From: Phoronis australis
Taxonomy: Eukaryota > Animalia > Phoronida
Direction of reading: 5' to 3'
Assembly (NCBI GenBank): GCA_002633005.1
Contig: NMRA01000036.1
Coordinates: forward strand, 1,226,139-1,290,138
DNA length: 64,000 bases
This document shows, in pieces, positions 1 through 13,099 of the stretch. Within the stretch, counting starts at the first letter, position 1. Each line of letters opens with the position of its first letter. The position numbers and the translations under genes are program-made. The notes under the pieces were generated by a model. It did not search any database, was not told the DNA's origin, and saw only the letters and a program-made list of their open reading frames with translations.

Positions 1-1020
1 AAAAACCGGTCGGTTGTTCTCTAACCGTCTCCAGGCGAACTCCCAGCTCTTTACGATTCTTGGCGCCACTCATGTAGAAATTCTGTAGAAACATGACTGT
101 GATGAGACGCTATGGCTATAGAAGGAATCGTTCTTAGCCTTTCCGTTGACTGTCTCTGCAGACTCCATTAAGCACTGAGCCGATGAGCATTTCCACACCA
201 AATGTTTTCATTAGTGTGCCTGTACAGCCCTGGAAACTCATGAACCAATCGCAATTGACAAAGATTTATGTCACATCATAATCTATCATCATCAGCGTTT
301 TAAGGAAATATCTTGAAGTGCTCAGTGTGAAAAACAAAAGACGAAAGAGAGAGAAACGTATTTGCCACTAGGATGTCAGGCAATTTTGACCCTAAGGTTG
401 ACCCCGTATTATTAAAATAACATCAGAAATGGACTCCACATAATAAAAATGGTATAAACAACGTATTGTATGACCCTGCATGTCATCGAGTTGAAAATGC
501 TCAAGATTGCACAAAGTGCAGCCAAGGTAATTTTGATCTTCTGATCCTATTTAGTACATTTCAAATATATTCAGCAATCAACACTGCAGGGCTTACTATG
601 AGTGGTATAGGAGCGACTGGAATGTCAAACAAAATGAAATATACATGCCCGATGTAAAAATCGCTGGGTCAACATTTTCACAATCCAAAATGGCGGCTAG
701 TTACCATGGGGATAGCAATGGGTACCAAACCTGGGTAGAATTTAGTAACGCTGCAACCTCGCTAAAAAGCAAGACTTACAGGGATTACGCGAGATATTGC
801 CGATACTAGGTCTGTGTATTTTAAATGAGAGCAAGTTAATTTGGCTAGATTTTCTCGCCCAAGACAGCTACTGAGCTCTACCCAGATTTTGATTAGCACA
901 CTAATTTTACTTTCGGGAAACGTGTGAGAGACAGTATTTTTTCAAGGTTGTCTTAAAACTACCCAAGGCTAGATACGGATACTCCCCGTACTATCGTTTA
1001 TGGATTTAGTAAACTTTGAA

Positions 1021-1123
1021 AAATTGCCACTTACCATAACCGACAATTTTAGTTTTGGTTTACTTATGCCCTGTGGCGTGCAGACCTTCAGTCATCGCTT
1101 CATTCCGTGAATGAAACACTTAT
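1021..1123 (+). repeat. About 103-bp direct repeat, second copy at 5745-5847
   Basis: aaattgccacttaccataaccgacaattttagttttggtttac...gtgaatgaaacacttat aligns without gaps to aaattgtcacttaaaataacagtcaattttagttttggtttac...gtgaatgaaacacttat. Confidence 0.85.
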
Positions 1124-1248
1124 TGTTGTGATGTTATGGTTTTTTATGACGTCATCCTTTTGCGACGTCATTCTTAATTCCTGTCAACATATTTTACATT
1201 TCTTTTATACGTTTCTGCTTCTTTCTATCACAAAAACATTTCAGATTT

Positions 1249-1266
1249 TGGTATAGTTGGTAGGAT
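1249..1266 (+). promoter_or_regulatory. Primer-binding site, tRNA-Ser-like
   Basis: TGGTATAGTTGGTAGGAT just upstream of the gag ATG; it differs from TGGCGTAGTCGGCAGGAT (complement of a tRNA-Ser 3' end, recalled) by four transitions, mostly at CpG. Confidence 0.6.
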
Positions 1267-2219
1267 ATAAAAAAGATGGGTGAGTTGGCTGGCATTATTT
1301 CGTTATTACAACAACAAATCAACCAACAGCAAGAGAATCATCAGCGTTTTGCTGAGATTATCACTAGTAGGCTGATGCACCAACCAATGACATATACGCC
1401 AACTTTTGGTGCGTTCGGCAGTTCAGTAGAACTCTGTAAGGATTATTGGTCCAGATTCCAAACATTTGCAGGGGCACACTCCATACATATGGAGAAACTT
1501 CCACAAACTTTCTTGCCGAATCAGACGTCTACAGTTTATAAGTTGGTTGCAACTTTGGCAGAGCAGCAGACACCTTCCAAGGATATGAATCAACTGACTA
1601 TCAATGAAATTACAAACTTTATGGAGAATCAATTCGATTCGAAGTATTTGTAGTAAGGAAGCGATTCAAATTTTGGTCTAACACAAGAAGACAGCCAGGT
1701 GAGACAATACAGGAGCTAACAGCTTGTATTCGACAAGACGCTGCAAAATGCGATTTTCCAACAATAAAGGATCCTCAGGATGAAGCTATGAGAACTAGAT
1801 TTATTTGTTCAATTAATTATGAGGTGGACTAAAAGCCCTTTTCAAAATAAAAAAACGACGAATTATCTTTAAAGAAGTCCATAGAAATAGCAACAGAAAT
1901 TGAAGAGGAGTCCAAAGTTGCAAAAGAAACGGTTTACGGAGATCCAGTGCTTAAAGGCGAAGGCAACCTTTTTTCATGTCATTTTGAGGTAAAACAAGGT
2001 TGGTTGGTTATCCTAGACATATTTTCCACTTAATTACAGCTTTTCGTAATTTAATTAATTACTCGTCCGCTACTGCGGAAGTGACGTTTTAGGAGGCAAG
2101 CATTTCGCGCCAATTTCTTTTCATATAGTCTGACTGTGAGAGCTGCCGAGTCAGTCATTGTTCTACCTCGGTTGTGTTAAGTTCCGTCGTCGTTTGCTTT
2201 CATTTACTAGTCAGTCAAC

Positions 2220-3015
2220 ATGCCACACTGTTGCTGCGTACCGGAATGTACTAATTATCGGCTCACGCGCGCTTTGGGAGTACCTTTGCATCGCTTTCCG
2301 ATGGATGACACATTTCGCCGTACTTGGCTCGTTCGTGTGAAGAACGCATCGTTACCCGTCCACGCAACGTACAGAGCAGTGGAGAATTACCGTGTGTGTG
2401 GCAAGCACTTTCTGCCCTCCGGTTACGAAAGGGATTTGTACGCTGAACTGATGAAGGTCCCTGCGAAACAACGCCTGAAGAAGGATGCTATTCCGTCTGT
2501 GTTGATTCCCGGCAGTGCCCCGTCGCCACCCCCGAGAAGTGCGTTTTTGAAGCGAGAAGCCTCGCGAGCTGTGGCCAGTACAGTGAATGGAGCCAGTGGA
2601 GGCACTTCATCTACTGTCACCCGTGCCTCCGAACGTACCCCAGAGCGTGCAATTCCTGGAACCAGTAGTGATTCGCCCTGTGCTGTTTTCTCCAGCCCAG
2701 AGCCTCTAAGCAGCCCTGCAGCGATATTGAGTAGTGGGAGTGATTACAGGCCCAGTTCGACACCCAGTGAAGAGGACAGTTCGTCGTCCAGTGAACAGAT
2801 CGGTGAGCCAAACTTTGATAAGTTTATTGTGGACTTGTCTAAAGTGTTGGAGCTATTTAGAAGGTGCCAGGTGTGTGGCGAGGGAGTCACACGACACGAT
2901 GTAAGCAGTTTGGGTGCTCAGGTCACCATCCAGTGGGAGTGTGTCGCGGGACACTCTGGCAAGTGGGACAGTTGTTCCTCTGTCCGTGGTATGCCGGAGG
3001 TCCACTTAACCATGT
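2220..3015 (+). pseudogene. Truncated THAP-domain Kolobok transposase (no catalytic domain)
   Basis: MPHCCCVPEC...HRFP..W...VCGKHF...LKKDAIPS is a THAP domain, followed by LLELF-like/CxxC...WEC..GH...W.S motif. The ORF track runs to 3347, but sequence after about 3015 is the antisense of the second gene. Confidence 0.85.
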
Positions 3016-3321
3016 CCAGTAGTGGCTTGGCCTCGTCGAACTCTGAACAGCACAAGCATTCCATTGAGGTAGGCATAACAACGCACAAAGTGCATTTGCA
3101 CCAAGATGTGTCACCATGTCTGTCCTCAGTAGCCGCCTCGTTTCTCGTTTCACAGCTGCCTGTGCCTGTGCTTACTCTGCCTCGTTATACTCGGGCTCAA
3201 ACATGTACCCACCCACTGAATGTCCGTGAAAAAAATCCTCGTCACCACTCCTGTGAACAAGGTCTCCGTCACTCACACTACTGTCACTGTGATACGGGTC
3301 ACCGACTCCAGCCATTTTCAT
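3016..3321 (-). pseudogene. Kolobok second ORF (KolX-like; P2X7 C-terminal Cys-rich-like), 5' part
   Basis: Manual translation from ATG 3321: MKMAGVGD...GYMFEPEYNEAE*, then a frameshift to DRHGDTSWCKCTLCVVMPTSMECLCCSE. Confidence 0.75.
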
Positions 3322-6080
3322 CTTACAACACACTAAACAATCCCTAAATCCAACGTAGTTGAGTTCTCTACTAACCTATCTTGCCGCAGAATACTCGCCA
3401 ATGGAAAGTGGTGGCGACAATTGTTGAAAAACAGCACAAAACAAAAGTAGAATAGAACAGATTCGCACGGTAAAGTCAACGCAAAACCAAGAGGCGGGAA
3501 ACGCTTGCCTCCTAAAACGTCACTTCCGGAGTGGCGGACGAGTAATTAATAAAATTACGAAAAGCTGTAATTAAGTGGAAAATATGTCTAGGATAACCAA
3601 CCCACCTTATTTTAGCTCAAAAATGACATGGAAAAAGGTTGCCTTCGCCTTTAAGTTACAAAAGAGGGAAGAAAACAGGCAGGGCAAAGCACAGAATTTA
3701 GGAATTTTCCAAAGGGAACATGTCCCCGCTGTGGAAAAAAGACCACGCAGCAATGAATTGTCGTTTTAAAGAGAACGAATGCCGTTTCTGTCACAAGAAA
3801 GGCCATATAGAGGCTGTATGTCTAAGCAAAAGAAAGGCTAGGGGTAAAGTAAGCAGTATTTTAGCAAGGCCAGAACAGCAAGTTAATCACATGTCGGATC
3901 GAGATCCAATTCAGGTTGTTGTTCACATATGCGGCAAAAACAGACATTTGACGTAGATACTGGATCACCGAACAATTTCATTTCGGAGAAGGTTTGGTTT
4001 AAACTTGGAAAACCTGTTTTATCTCCATCACACAGTCAGTATTTCGCGGCAAATGAAAAACCCTCACCAGTTTTGGGAATTTTCAGTACAAACGCAACAT
4101 TACAGTCCGATTCACAACATTGAATTATTAGTAAGCAAACACGATTTGAATATTGTTAGACCAACGGCAGTTCGACAGCTAAAGATTGATGTCACTGCAC
4201 TCTATAGGAATTCCATTTTGCGTGATGACAACCAAAATGACAAAGTTGGTGTTATTTGTCATGAGGACAAGAAAAGTGATGTAGAGTTTCAGCACGCGTG
4301 CAAAATCATCTGCGACGAATTTCCAGACCCATTCAAACCTGAACTGGGATATTTCAAAGGTTTTAAATTAGATGTAAAATTCAAGCCTGATGTCCAAACA
4401 ATATTTTGCAAACCTCGCACAGTACCTTTTACATTACTGGATGACTTTAATCTGGCATCTGATGCTGGTATTAAACGTGGACTTTGGGAACCTACACAAT
4501 TCAACGAGTATGGAATACCAGTTGTCCCTATAAGAAAAGCACCGCTTTCTGGGCAAAGTTTACGGAAATTAAGAGTATGCGGAGATAACTCAGTAACGAT
4601 AAATCCTCAGCTTGAAACTCATCATCATCCGCTACCCCCGCCTGAAGATCTTATGCGAAAACTCAGTGGCGGCTTTTAATTCACAAAAATTGATTTGGCT
4701 GATACGTATAATCAGATTTAATTAACTTCGGAAAGTCAGAGATGTCTGGCACTATCCACACATCGTGGAGCTCTTCTACAATAGAGATTGCCCTGGTTAT
4801 TTCCAGGATATCAGGGACAAATTAACTAGCGATTTAAATGGCGTGGTTGTATACTTGGATGACATTTACTACGGTCGCAACGCAGAAGAACATCTTCAGA
4901 ATCTACGAAATCTACTCCAGCGTTTGCAAGACAATGGAATGAGATGTCGCTTGTGAAATACTCATTTGGTCAGCAAATTGTAGAATACTTAGGCCACATG
5001 CTTTCATGTGGTGGCATTAAAAGGTAACAAAGTTGATGCTGTTTTGAAAATGCCAGCCCCATCAGATGTTTCCCATCTACGTTCGTTCCTTGGATCTGTT
5101 CAATTTCACGGAAAGTTCATTCCGAACTTATCTACCTTGATTGCACCTCTGAGCCATTTGACGCGCAAAGATATGCCATGGAAATGGGGAGCTGAGCAGA
5201 TTGCAGTTTCTCAGCGTTTAAAAGAAATACTGTGTACACATGCAGTTCTGGCTCATTGAGATCCTAAACAACAGTTGGAAATTTCATGTGATGCCTCTAA
5301 TGTCGGGATTGGAGCCGTTCTATTTCATCGCTATCCTGATGGTAGTGAACGTCCAATTGCCAATGTTTCAAAGACTCTCACGGACACTCAAAGGAGGTAC
5401 AATTAAATTCAACGTGAGGCTCTGGCAATTGTTTTCGAACTAAAGAAATTTCACCAATTTCTTTTCGGAAGACGTTTCATTTTGATAACTGATCACAAAC
5501 CTTTAGTTTATATTTCCGGATCAACTAAAGTAGTTCCAGCTATGGCTGCTAATCGACTAGCAAGATGGGCGTTACATCTTAGCCAGTATGAATACACAAC
5601 AGAGTATCGGAAAACACCTGATCATTCTAATACAGATGCATTGAGTCACTTACCCAAAATTCGACAGGGAGGAAGAGTAAGCAGATGTGAATGTGGTCTG
5701 TTCTGTTAAGCAAGTAAGAAAGTAATTTTGCGCATATATTTAGTAAATTGTCACTTAAAATAACAGTCAATTTTAGTTTTGGTTTACTAACGCCCTGTTG
5801 CGTGCAGGCTTTCATTCATCGGTTCATTCTGTGAATGAAACACTTATGTTTGATGTCGTGAGATTAAATATAACAAGGTTTGCGAGCAAATACAATTGAC
5901 AGAAACCGGAAGCCAAGACAGTTTCCGGGAAAAAACCTTAACGAACACAATGGCGTTATTACTTTCCTCTCATCTGGTTACAATGGAAGCTAGAGAACAA
6001 CACGGGACTTAAAGAAGGCCTAAGGAGTAGAGTAGATCGAACAACGTTTTAAACCGTGATAACAGTTGAAACAACAACGT

Positions 6081-6955
6081 AATAAATATAGATTATTACA
6101 TGGCGAAGTCATTATCCCCCGTATTCTAGAGTGGATTTTGGAGAATCGCCCGAGATGCGTCAGCCTCTAGGCCGATAACTCTCCAAAAATCGACGAGGGC
6201 TCTAGAAAAGGAGATAACGACTGAGAACATGTTATAATCTATTTATACCACATATTGAACGAGATACATTGCAATGAATCAATCTACCTTTCTCGACTCG
6301 TAACTACTTTCTATGTCAGAGATCTGGAGTCGGAGGTCGTGACCTTTAAGGAAAGCCGACCTATTTATGTCAAACAATGCTTTCACTCAAAACCAATTGA
6401 AAATTTAAACAAAACAGGAATAAAGTGAATCTATGAATTAAGGTTTAGGAACTATTATAGCTTTCTACACATTTCATCACGCTAAGCTTCGACCGGGAAA
6501 ATATCGTCTGCTAAAGTAGGTTACCACTCACTGGTAACTGAGCATAATGCTCAAGTCAAAGGATCCCGACGACACGATACCCGCATTCAAATTGGATATC
6601 GGTGAATTACAAGTGAAAGAACATGAGAAAAAAATTCACTGAATTAAAATATCGTTGTTATGGAAATTACGCGTCGTATTTTTCATAGCGTATAAATGTG
6701 GGTACAATGCCCTTTGTTGAACATGCGATTGTTGCGCCTGCTCCTTTAAGTATTCTATTTTCACTTTCGACGACATCTGCCGCTGAGTGGTGCAGTGGTT
6801 AAGTCGACGACCTGAAACTCTAGCGGCTCGGATTCGAAACCGGCCTCGGTTCCCGCCAAAATGTTATCTCACTAGTGAGAATGGGTTATTACACGGTTCT
6901 ATTGGCCATTCGAGGCTAATACGCTTTCGACCATGACAAGTTAGGTGTGATAAAT
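6081..6955. mobile_element. Non-autonomous element with a terminal ~170-bp hairpin (possibly Crypton-like)
   Basis: Imperfect palindrome 6081-6248 (ataaatatagattattacatg...catgttataatctatttata); ATAAAT at both ends; the hairpin core recurs inverted at about 8878-8935. Confidence 0.4.
6782..6850 (+). pseudogene. tRNA-like remnant or SINE head
   Basis: A box TGGTGCAGTGG, B-box-like GGATTCGAAACC, weak acceptor stem gctgag/ctcggt; anticodon arm degenerate. Confidence 0.5.
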
Positions 6956-9900
6956 GTAATTAACTAACTACTTCAACTAACTATTCTGACATAACAAAAA
7001 ACGAGCAAGCTGCTCTTGCGTAACATTGAAATGTACTATGGATTGATCATTACATAGGTTGCCGTGTAGGACTTTCCATAATAGTTCATAAATAAACTAA
7101 TTTCTTCAGAAAGTAAAAATTAGTGATCTTATATATGCAGCGTGTGGAACCCTAAATAAAAGACATTTTGGAACACATTTTACGATAGTTATACTACTAA
7201 GAAAGGGGATCATGGAAAACAACAATATCCATGACAAAGAGACAATGTTACTTTGAACACTTGTTGCATAATTGTTAACATTCAAGAATTTAAAAAAAAC
7301 GGGACGATTGAACTGAAAATCAGGATTTCCGGATAAACCGCGGGACATCTGGGTCTATGCCAAACCGCAAGGGTAAAATAATCGCTGTAACCCACCAAAA
7401 CGTTCAGACAGCATATTTTAGCGAGCGGGAGACGTAACAATCGAAAGCCCCCGACGGCGTTCTTTGTTTTTTAAGCCTAATGGGAAATTGTGGGTGCCTC
7501 AAAAACCCATGAAACTTCCCGTTTTTTCTTTTTTGTTTAAATGGGAAAATAGAGCAAAGTCACGTGAGAAATTAAAGTTGTAATATTTCAATTTCGCCGC
7601 GTTTTAAAAAGCGGCACATTTTGATGGTGTGGTGGGTTGGCGGCAAAGATTGAGAAAGTGGAATAGTCCGCCGTGGAGCACGTTCAATGTTTGCTGTCAT
7701 CATCACAAAATAAACATTACTTTTCATTTTTAAAATTTTATTTCACGGGTATAGGAGAATAAAGATAACATTCACTGCTCAAAAATCGAATTAACAAAAA
7801 GTATATGGTTAACTAGTTAAAATTGCACAAATGAATTATAATAAAAGCAGCTGAAAGCGGTAATAACATTTACATGCACACACGCTCATGCAGACGCAGA
7901 CGCACTTAGCTACGCAATTGTGAGTAGTGTTTCACACCCGATAGTAGGGCCTTAACTTTCATTAATAATTGCAGAACAAACACTTAGAAACCAAATGTCA
8001 CTTCTTTCCGTAAAATATAGTTACATGATTTTAACACCCAAAATATCTTGTTGAAAAACTCCCAACATGTAGTTTGATAGGTTGTCGAAAGTGGTTCTAA
8101 GACTGGAGTTGAAAAGACATCAGAGGCCAGATTATTCCCAACATCCAGCCAGGGCCAAAGGTCAGTGCGCATAAAGAATATTCAATGTAATTATTGGGTT
8201 ACATTGACTAATTTTGCCAGGAAATCGCTGGCTGTGTGGAACCGTACCTCACGACTCTCGATTGATTAACAATGTGGCGGACCAAAGTCGCACACGCGGC
8301 GAATATGCTAGCTTCCACAACAACAAAACTCCTAAGACCAGAAACCATAACACGAGGCTCTTGTGACACAACTACTCATGCTTTATGCATACGCAAAATC
8401 TTATATAGGCGCGCAGGTAGGCGTTGGCCTACCTAAGTAGATGAGTACAAACACAAGGACCAGGCTAAGTTACACAAAGGAGGGGGGAGTAGTCTTGAAC
8501 AAACAAAAATTACAAAATTAAAACAAAGCAATGGGATTGGACTTGATTTGACAACTACACAGTCGACCAAAAGTCAGTCAAGCAAACAACCGGAAATTCA
8601 CAGTGGAAATTCTCGCGTCTAGTCTCGGGGTCCCAAGCTCTAATAATACAAAATACAGGTCACGTTCGAGAGTTTGCAAACCAGTGCTAGAGTTCTATGA
8701 TAACATCGAGTTTACATTAAGCTCCAAAACTTATGATTTATAGTTTATCGCATCACGACACTACTTTTGCTTCAAACCTACGATAAATTCGTCTAGCATC
8801 AAAATTTTACCAATTTACTGGTATCCTCGTACTCAGAAGTATTAAACAGAAGAGACAAAAATGCAGAATTCTTGGCGACCAGGGGCTGACGCCCCTCGGG
8901 CGATAATTCTCCAAAATCCACTCGGGCTCTAGATATATGTATATCTAACTGTGTTTTTATTGTGTTTAACGGACGCTTCATCCACGGTTTAGCGAGGCAT
9001 GGAACGCGAAATACCTTTAAACAGATCGTGGCGAATCTATTTATTGAGGATGCTAACATGAGATTTATTCTCTTTGAATATTGCAAGAATGTTTCAGATT
9101 CACTGGTTTTTAAAGACAGACGAAATGTTATCTCTTTGATTCCAATACAGTTTTCAAATTCTCCACCCCTGATAAGATCTATGTGCGCATAAACTCATAA
9201 GTCGGACTGGCTGCTGCTTGAAACAGCCATTAATTGTTTACATCAAAGGTCAAATGTCACAATTTCCATATAAAGGGAACGTGCTACGTCTATATCTTGC
9301 CATACCAAAAATAAAAAGACGTGCTTTGCCTTGTGAGACGGAAAAATCGACGAATTGACGAGCAGTTGACAGATTGTTTTAAGAAATTTGAAACCAAAGG
9401 GAAAATGCTCTGATAAAGGCAACAGAGTAAACCTTGAAAATACGCGTCGAACAGTTTGACTTCTGTTTTAGTTGCAGAGAACCACTTTGAATAATGCAAT
9501 TTAGTCTGTTATTCACGGTCTATGCCCCTTTAAAGCAAAACATGTTGGACATTTTATCAAGACTTCACAAACGCGATAACACCGGCAACATCACATTTTA
9601 ACGAAGAAATATGAATTTCCATGACTTCCTATCATGAGCCAACTTATTTTGTATTGATTTTTACACTTGGAGCAAACCATGAATTAGCAGTTGCCCCATT
9701 TAGTAAATACATTATTTTTCATTTAATATTTTCATGAAATAGTCCACGCTTAGAAACTTGTTTTCGACAAATCTTAGTGTTGATTTCATCGTTTTATAAT
9801 GATGTACTATATTTTCTCCGCTTAATTTAGATTGTTTATGACTGACAGTTTAATGGAGTGTAAGGTATGGGTAAATACTAATGTAACTTAAAAATAACTG

Positions 9901-10611
9901 CACAACTCTCATTACAACAGCGTCATTGTTCCTACCTCTGGACTAGTAGATCTTTTAAAGGTGTTTTTGTAGTCAGAAATATTATGCACTTTTCTATCAC
10001 TATTGGAGCAAATGACCACTGAAAGAATCATATCTCGTTTTATGTGGATTACTTTGAGGTGACTTACTGCTATGGAATTGGGCTTAAATTGTTCCTTGGA
10101 AAGAACTGACAGTTATTTTTTCTTCAGACCAAGCTCATTAAATTTTAGGTCACGGGATGAGTAAGGTCTGAAGATTTAAAAAAGTGTTAATTCTTCCCGA
10201 TTATTTTTAAACTGAATAGAAAGCATCATGAGACTTATTTCATAACGGTAAAGGCGCCTAAATCAAAATTTTTGACCGATAACACGGATTTAAAGTTATT
10301 GTAAAATACTAACAATTATGTTGTGAAGATCTGCTGCATTTTACAAAAAGTCACCTATTTTGTATATATTACTTTAGACTCAAATTTCTCAAACTTGTGC
10401 AATATTATTTAGTTTGAATTTTTAGGTTTCAAAATCAGACCGATAAATGAACTAAAACCATCAATATGAAATTGCTCTCTTAAAATACTCACAAGAAGTA
10501 GTTTCTAGAAGCCCTCGCAGAACTTGTCACACAGCCTAGAAGGCATAAATTTAAAAAGCGTCCACTGCTGTGAGCATAAAGTCCGATGTTTAAATACCTT
10601 GTTCTAATTAC

Positions 10612-10758
10612 GTGAGCAGACATCTCACTGGTTGCCCCTTTCTTTTTGTTGAATGATGGCAAAATGAAGGTTAACATCATCACTAGTGAGCAGACACCTC
10701 AGTGGTTGTCTTTCCTTTAGGATGAGTGATGGCAAAATGAAGGTTAACAACACCACTA
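10612..10758. repeat. Tandem duplication, two units of about 74 bp
   Basis: gtgagcagaca...tgatggcaaaatgaaggttaaca..cacta starts at 10612 and at 10686. Confidence 0.85.
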
Positions 10759-10909
10759 TCTCTGGTTCACCATATCATCAGTGATTGCCCATACATTTTA
10801 AATCCAAGTACTCGAACTAAATGAATATCGCAAGCAAAAATCCAGTTCTATATGGAATCTGACAAATATTCGTTACCCTGCTTCTTTGATCGTGCTTTTA
10901 TATTTTTAG

Positions 10910-11598
10910 TTATGTGCCCTCTGGATTCTGGTCATTATAGCGCACGAACTATTCACAGCTACTTGTGATAACAACAGCAGCATTCACAGTGACATGGGAA
11001 CTGAATTCAGAATTCGTGAAGTCAAAAGTTTGGACACTGAAGAACTCATTGATACCGCAGATTTGCGTACTATTGAAAAACGAGACGTGCCGGATTTGGA
11101 TGTGTTATTTAATGACAACATAACGGACATGTCGGAAAACCAAACAAGTGGATTACCCAGATTTCGAGGTGGGAACGAAAACTGTTCGAAGTACAGATAT
11201 AACCTAACAAATGTGATAATCGACGAGGATTACTGTTACCTCTTCAGGCCATTGCCGAACATAATTTGCGCAAACAAAGGGTACGTACTCGATGAAATTT
11301 TCAAGAGATTAGAGTTTTGAATAATTAACTTGTTGATACCTGCGTCAGAACTGTTAATGTCTTGGCTCAGTTGCAAATGTTTAGCGCATATTTAAAACAG
11401 AATTTCCTTCTGTTTAGCTGTCCGTTCTACAGAATTGGTCTCAATGGTTTTTGTTACAATAGAGTTTGATTACCGCCCGAATATCACCCAAAACATTTCC
11501 CGCTTCAGAATATTGCAGGACTCTGTACCTTCCAATAATTCAGCAGTCCAGATCAATGACTGTTATCTCTCAATTCAAGAGAACGTTGAATGGGATCG
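10910..11598 (+). pseudogene. Putative exons of a secreted, Cys/N-glycosylation-rich protein, probably disrupted
   Basis: Acceptor tttttag before 10910; open frame LCALWILVIIAHELFTATC... continuous with ORF 10994; donor GTACGT at 11281; acceptor tgtttag before 11418; donor-like GTATGG at about 11599. The spliced frame hits a stop after CPFYRIGLNGFCYNRV. Confidence 0.4.
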
Positions 11599-11662
11599 GT
11601 ATGGAGAGAGACGACGGGGACTGGAGTTAATTTGGCGAACGCTTGTTTTTTACCATATTAGA

Positions 11663-11664
<2 letters not shown>

Positions 11665-11696
<32 letters not shown>

Positions 11697-12925
11697 TTAA
11701 TTTAATATTTACAATGAGGGTAGCCCCATCAGTTCACACTGCTTCCCATGGGGACCCTCAGTAAAAAACAAACAGAAAGTAAGACAAAAACAGAATTACA
11801 CAATGAAAGACAAATTTAAGTAATAGGTAAAGAATAAGAAATTAACATGGAAAGACTGATGAAGAAAAATAAAAATAAAATATGATAAATAAAAGATAAA
11901 GAAATTAAGACAAGATAATTAACTAAAAATATAAATATACATAAAAAAAATTAAAACATACAATAAATAATTAATAAAAGTAAGACATTATATAAATAAC
12001 AAATGAATAAACATGCAATTCTTAGAAACTACATGGAGTTAAATCTATTTCTTATAATTCTTATAGAGGTTAGAAAGAATGATGTAGATTTGGCATCTGC
12101 AGGGAGAGAGTTCCATAAAAAGGGCCCGCTGTAGGAAAATGATTTTTCCCAGTCTCGCTTCTGCGTTTAGGAAATCAGATGATGATGAGGACCTAGTATT
12201 GTAGCGATTAGTAGTCATCTTAAACTTAGCAAATAAGTAAGATGGGACAAGACCTTTAAAACATTTGCACATAAAACAAACAGAGAGGAATTGATGTCTT
12301 GTGTGAATTTTCATTATATCAGTCTCTTTATGAAGGTTTTCGATACTAATATCTCTAACACCAGCTCCCATAATAATCCGGGCAGCCCTATTTTAGATTA
12401 CCTGGATGGTTTTCATATCCTTGCCTGATGCAATACCCCACTGATAGCATTAAAAAGGGTTTTCAGTGTTGCTCTGTTAACCAATTTACTGATGCGTTTC
12501 AATACGCCAATTTTCTTAGACACCTTTTTCGAGATATAATCAAGGTGGTGAGAGAATTCAAAATTTTGATGATATATAAGTCCCAGATATTTAAAGGAAT
12601 TGACGTTCTCAAATGGTCTTCCATCCATATTTAATGACAGGGTTTGGTTTCTACGTCTTTGGGATGTGCCAAATAGAAGAGTTTTAATTTTAGAAATATT
12701 TAAGGATAGTTGACTGAATACAAGCCACTCTGAAATGATTGTTAAATCAGAGTTGAGATTGGCCTGGATTTCAGATGAGGTTCTGCCTGCAGACAGTATT
12801 GTTGTGTCATCCGCATAGAGAACAATCTTAGAATTTTGAATTACTGAGGGGAGATCATTGACAAATATGCAACATAACAAGGGCCCCAGTATAGACACCT
12901 GGGGAACACCTGTTTTAACGGTTTT
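11665..12925 (-). mobile_element. 5'-truncated L2/CR1-group LINE
   Basis: RT motifs GVPQxSILGPLL, YADDT, FKYLG; 3' stem-loop region 11715-11762; (TAA)n tail at 11665-11697. Confidence 0.9.
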
Positions 12926-13099
12926 TATCGTAACCTATTTTGCCCGGGGTACGCCACGAGCTATGTTGCAGAGTAAAACAAGAGGAGGATTGCGAATATT
13001 GTCATTTATTATGACATAAATAGATAAAACTAACCAAGACTCTGCAAGATGGGCATGGACAAAACGCCATAATGGCAGCACGGGAATGCTGACATCGCC

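Larger units (their letters stand above)
1955..3650 (+). mobile_element. Kolobok DNA transposon, internally deleted
   Basis: TTAA at 1951-1954 and 3651-3654; termini AGGCGAAGGCAACC...GGTTGCCTTCGCCT; TIRs of about 155 bp; THAP ORF on + and Cys-rich ORF on -. Excision restores the gag frame VYGDPVL-KLQKR. Confidence 0.9.
1124..5720 (+). mobile_element. Degenerate Gypsy/Ty3 LTR retrotransposon (Mag-like), 3'-truncated, interrupted by a Kolobok element
   Basis: Gag from ATG 1276; double zinc knuckle CPRCGKKDH..C..C..CHKKGH...C at about 3720-3820; protease VDTG about 3955; RT (LRVCGD, KIDL, YLDD at about 4851); RNase H (CDAS..GIGAVL, TDHKPL, RLARWAL). Many stops and frameshifts; no integrase seen. 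Putative LTR starts TGTTGTG at 1124. Confidence 0.9.

Noticed and set aside
600-1000. Short inverted matches (ctgggtaga / tctacccag) and a small hairpin near 972-995
   Set aside because: Too short to define an element or its ends.
3016-3347. His-rich C-terminus of ORF 2220-3347 as a real domain
   Set aside because: It is the antisense read-through of the KolX-like gene after an internal deletion.
6782-6850. Functional tRNA gene
   Set aside because: Anticodon and T stems pair poorly; kept only as a tRNA-like remnant.
5847-6996. Possible solo LTR (tgtt...taaca) interrupted by the hairpin element
   Set aside because: No matching TSD, and the PBS-like tggcga falls within the hairpin arm.
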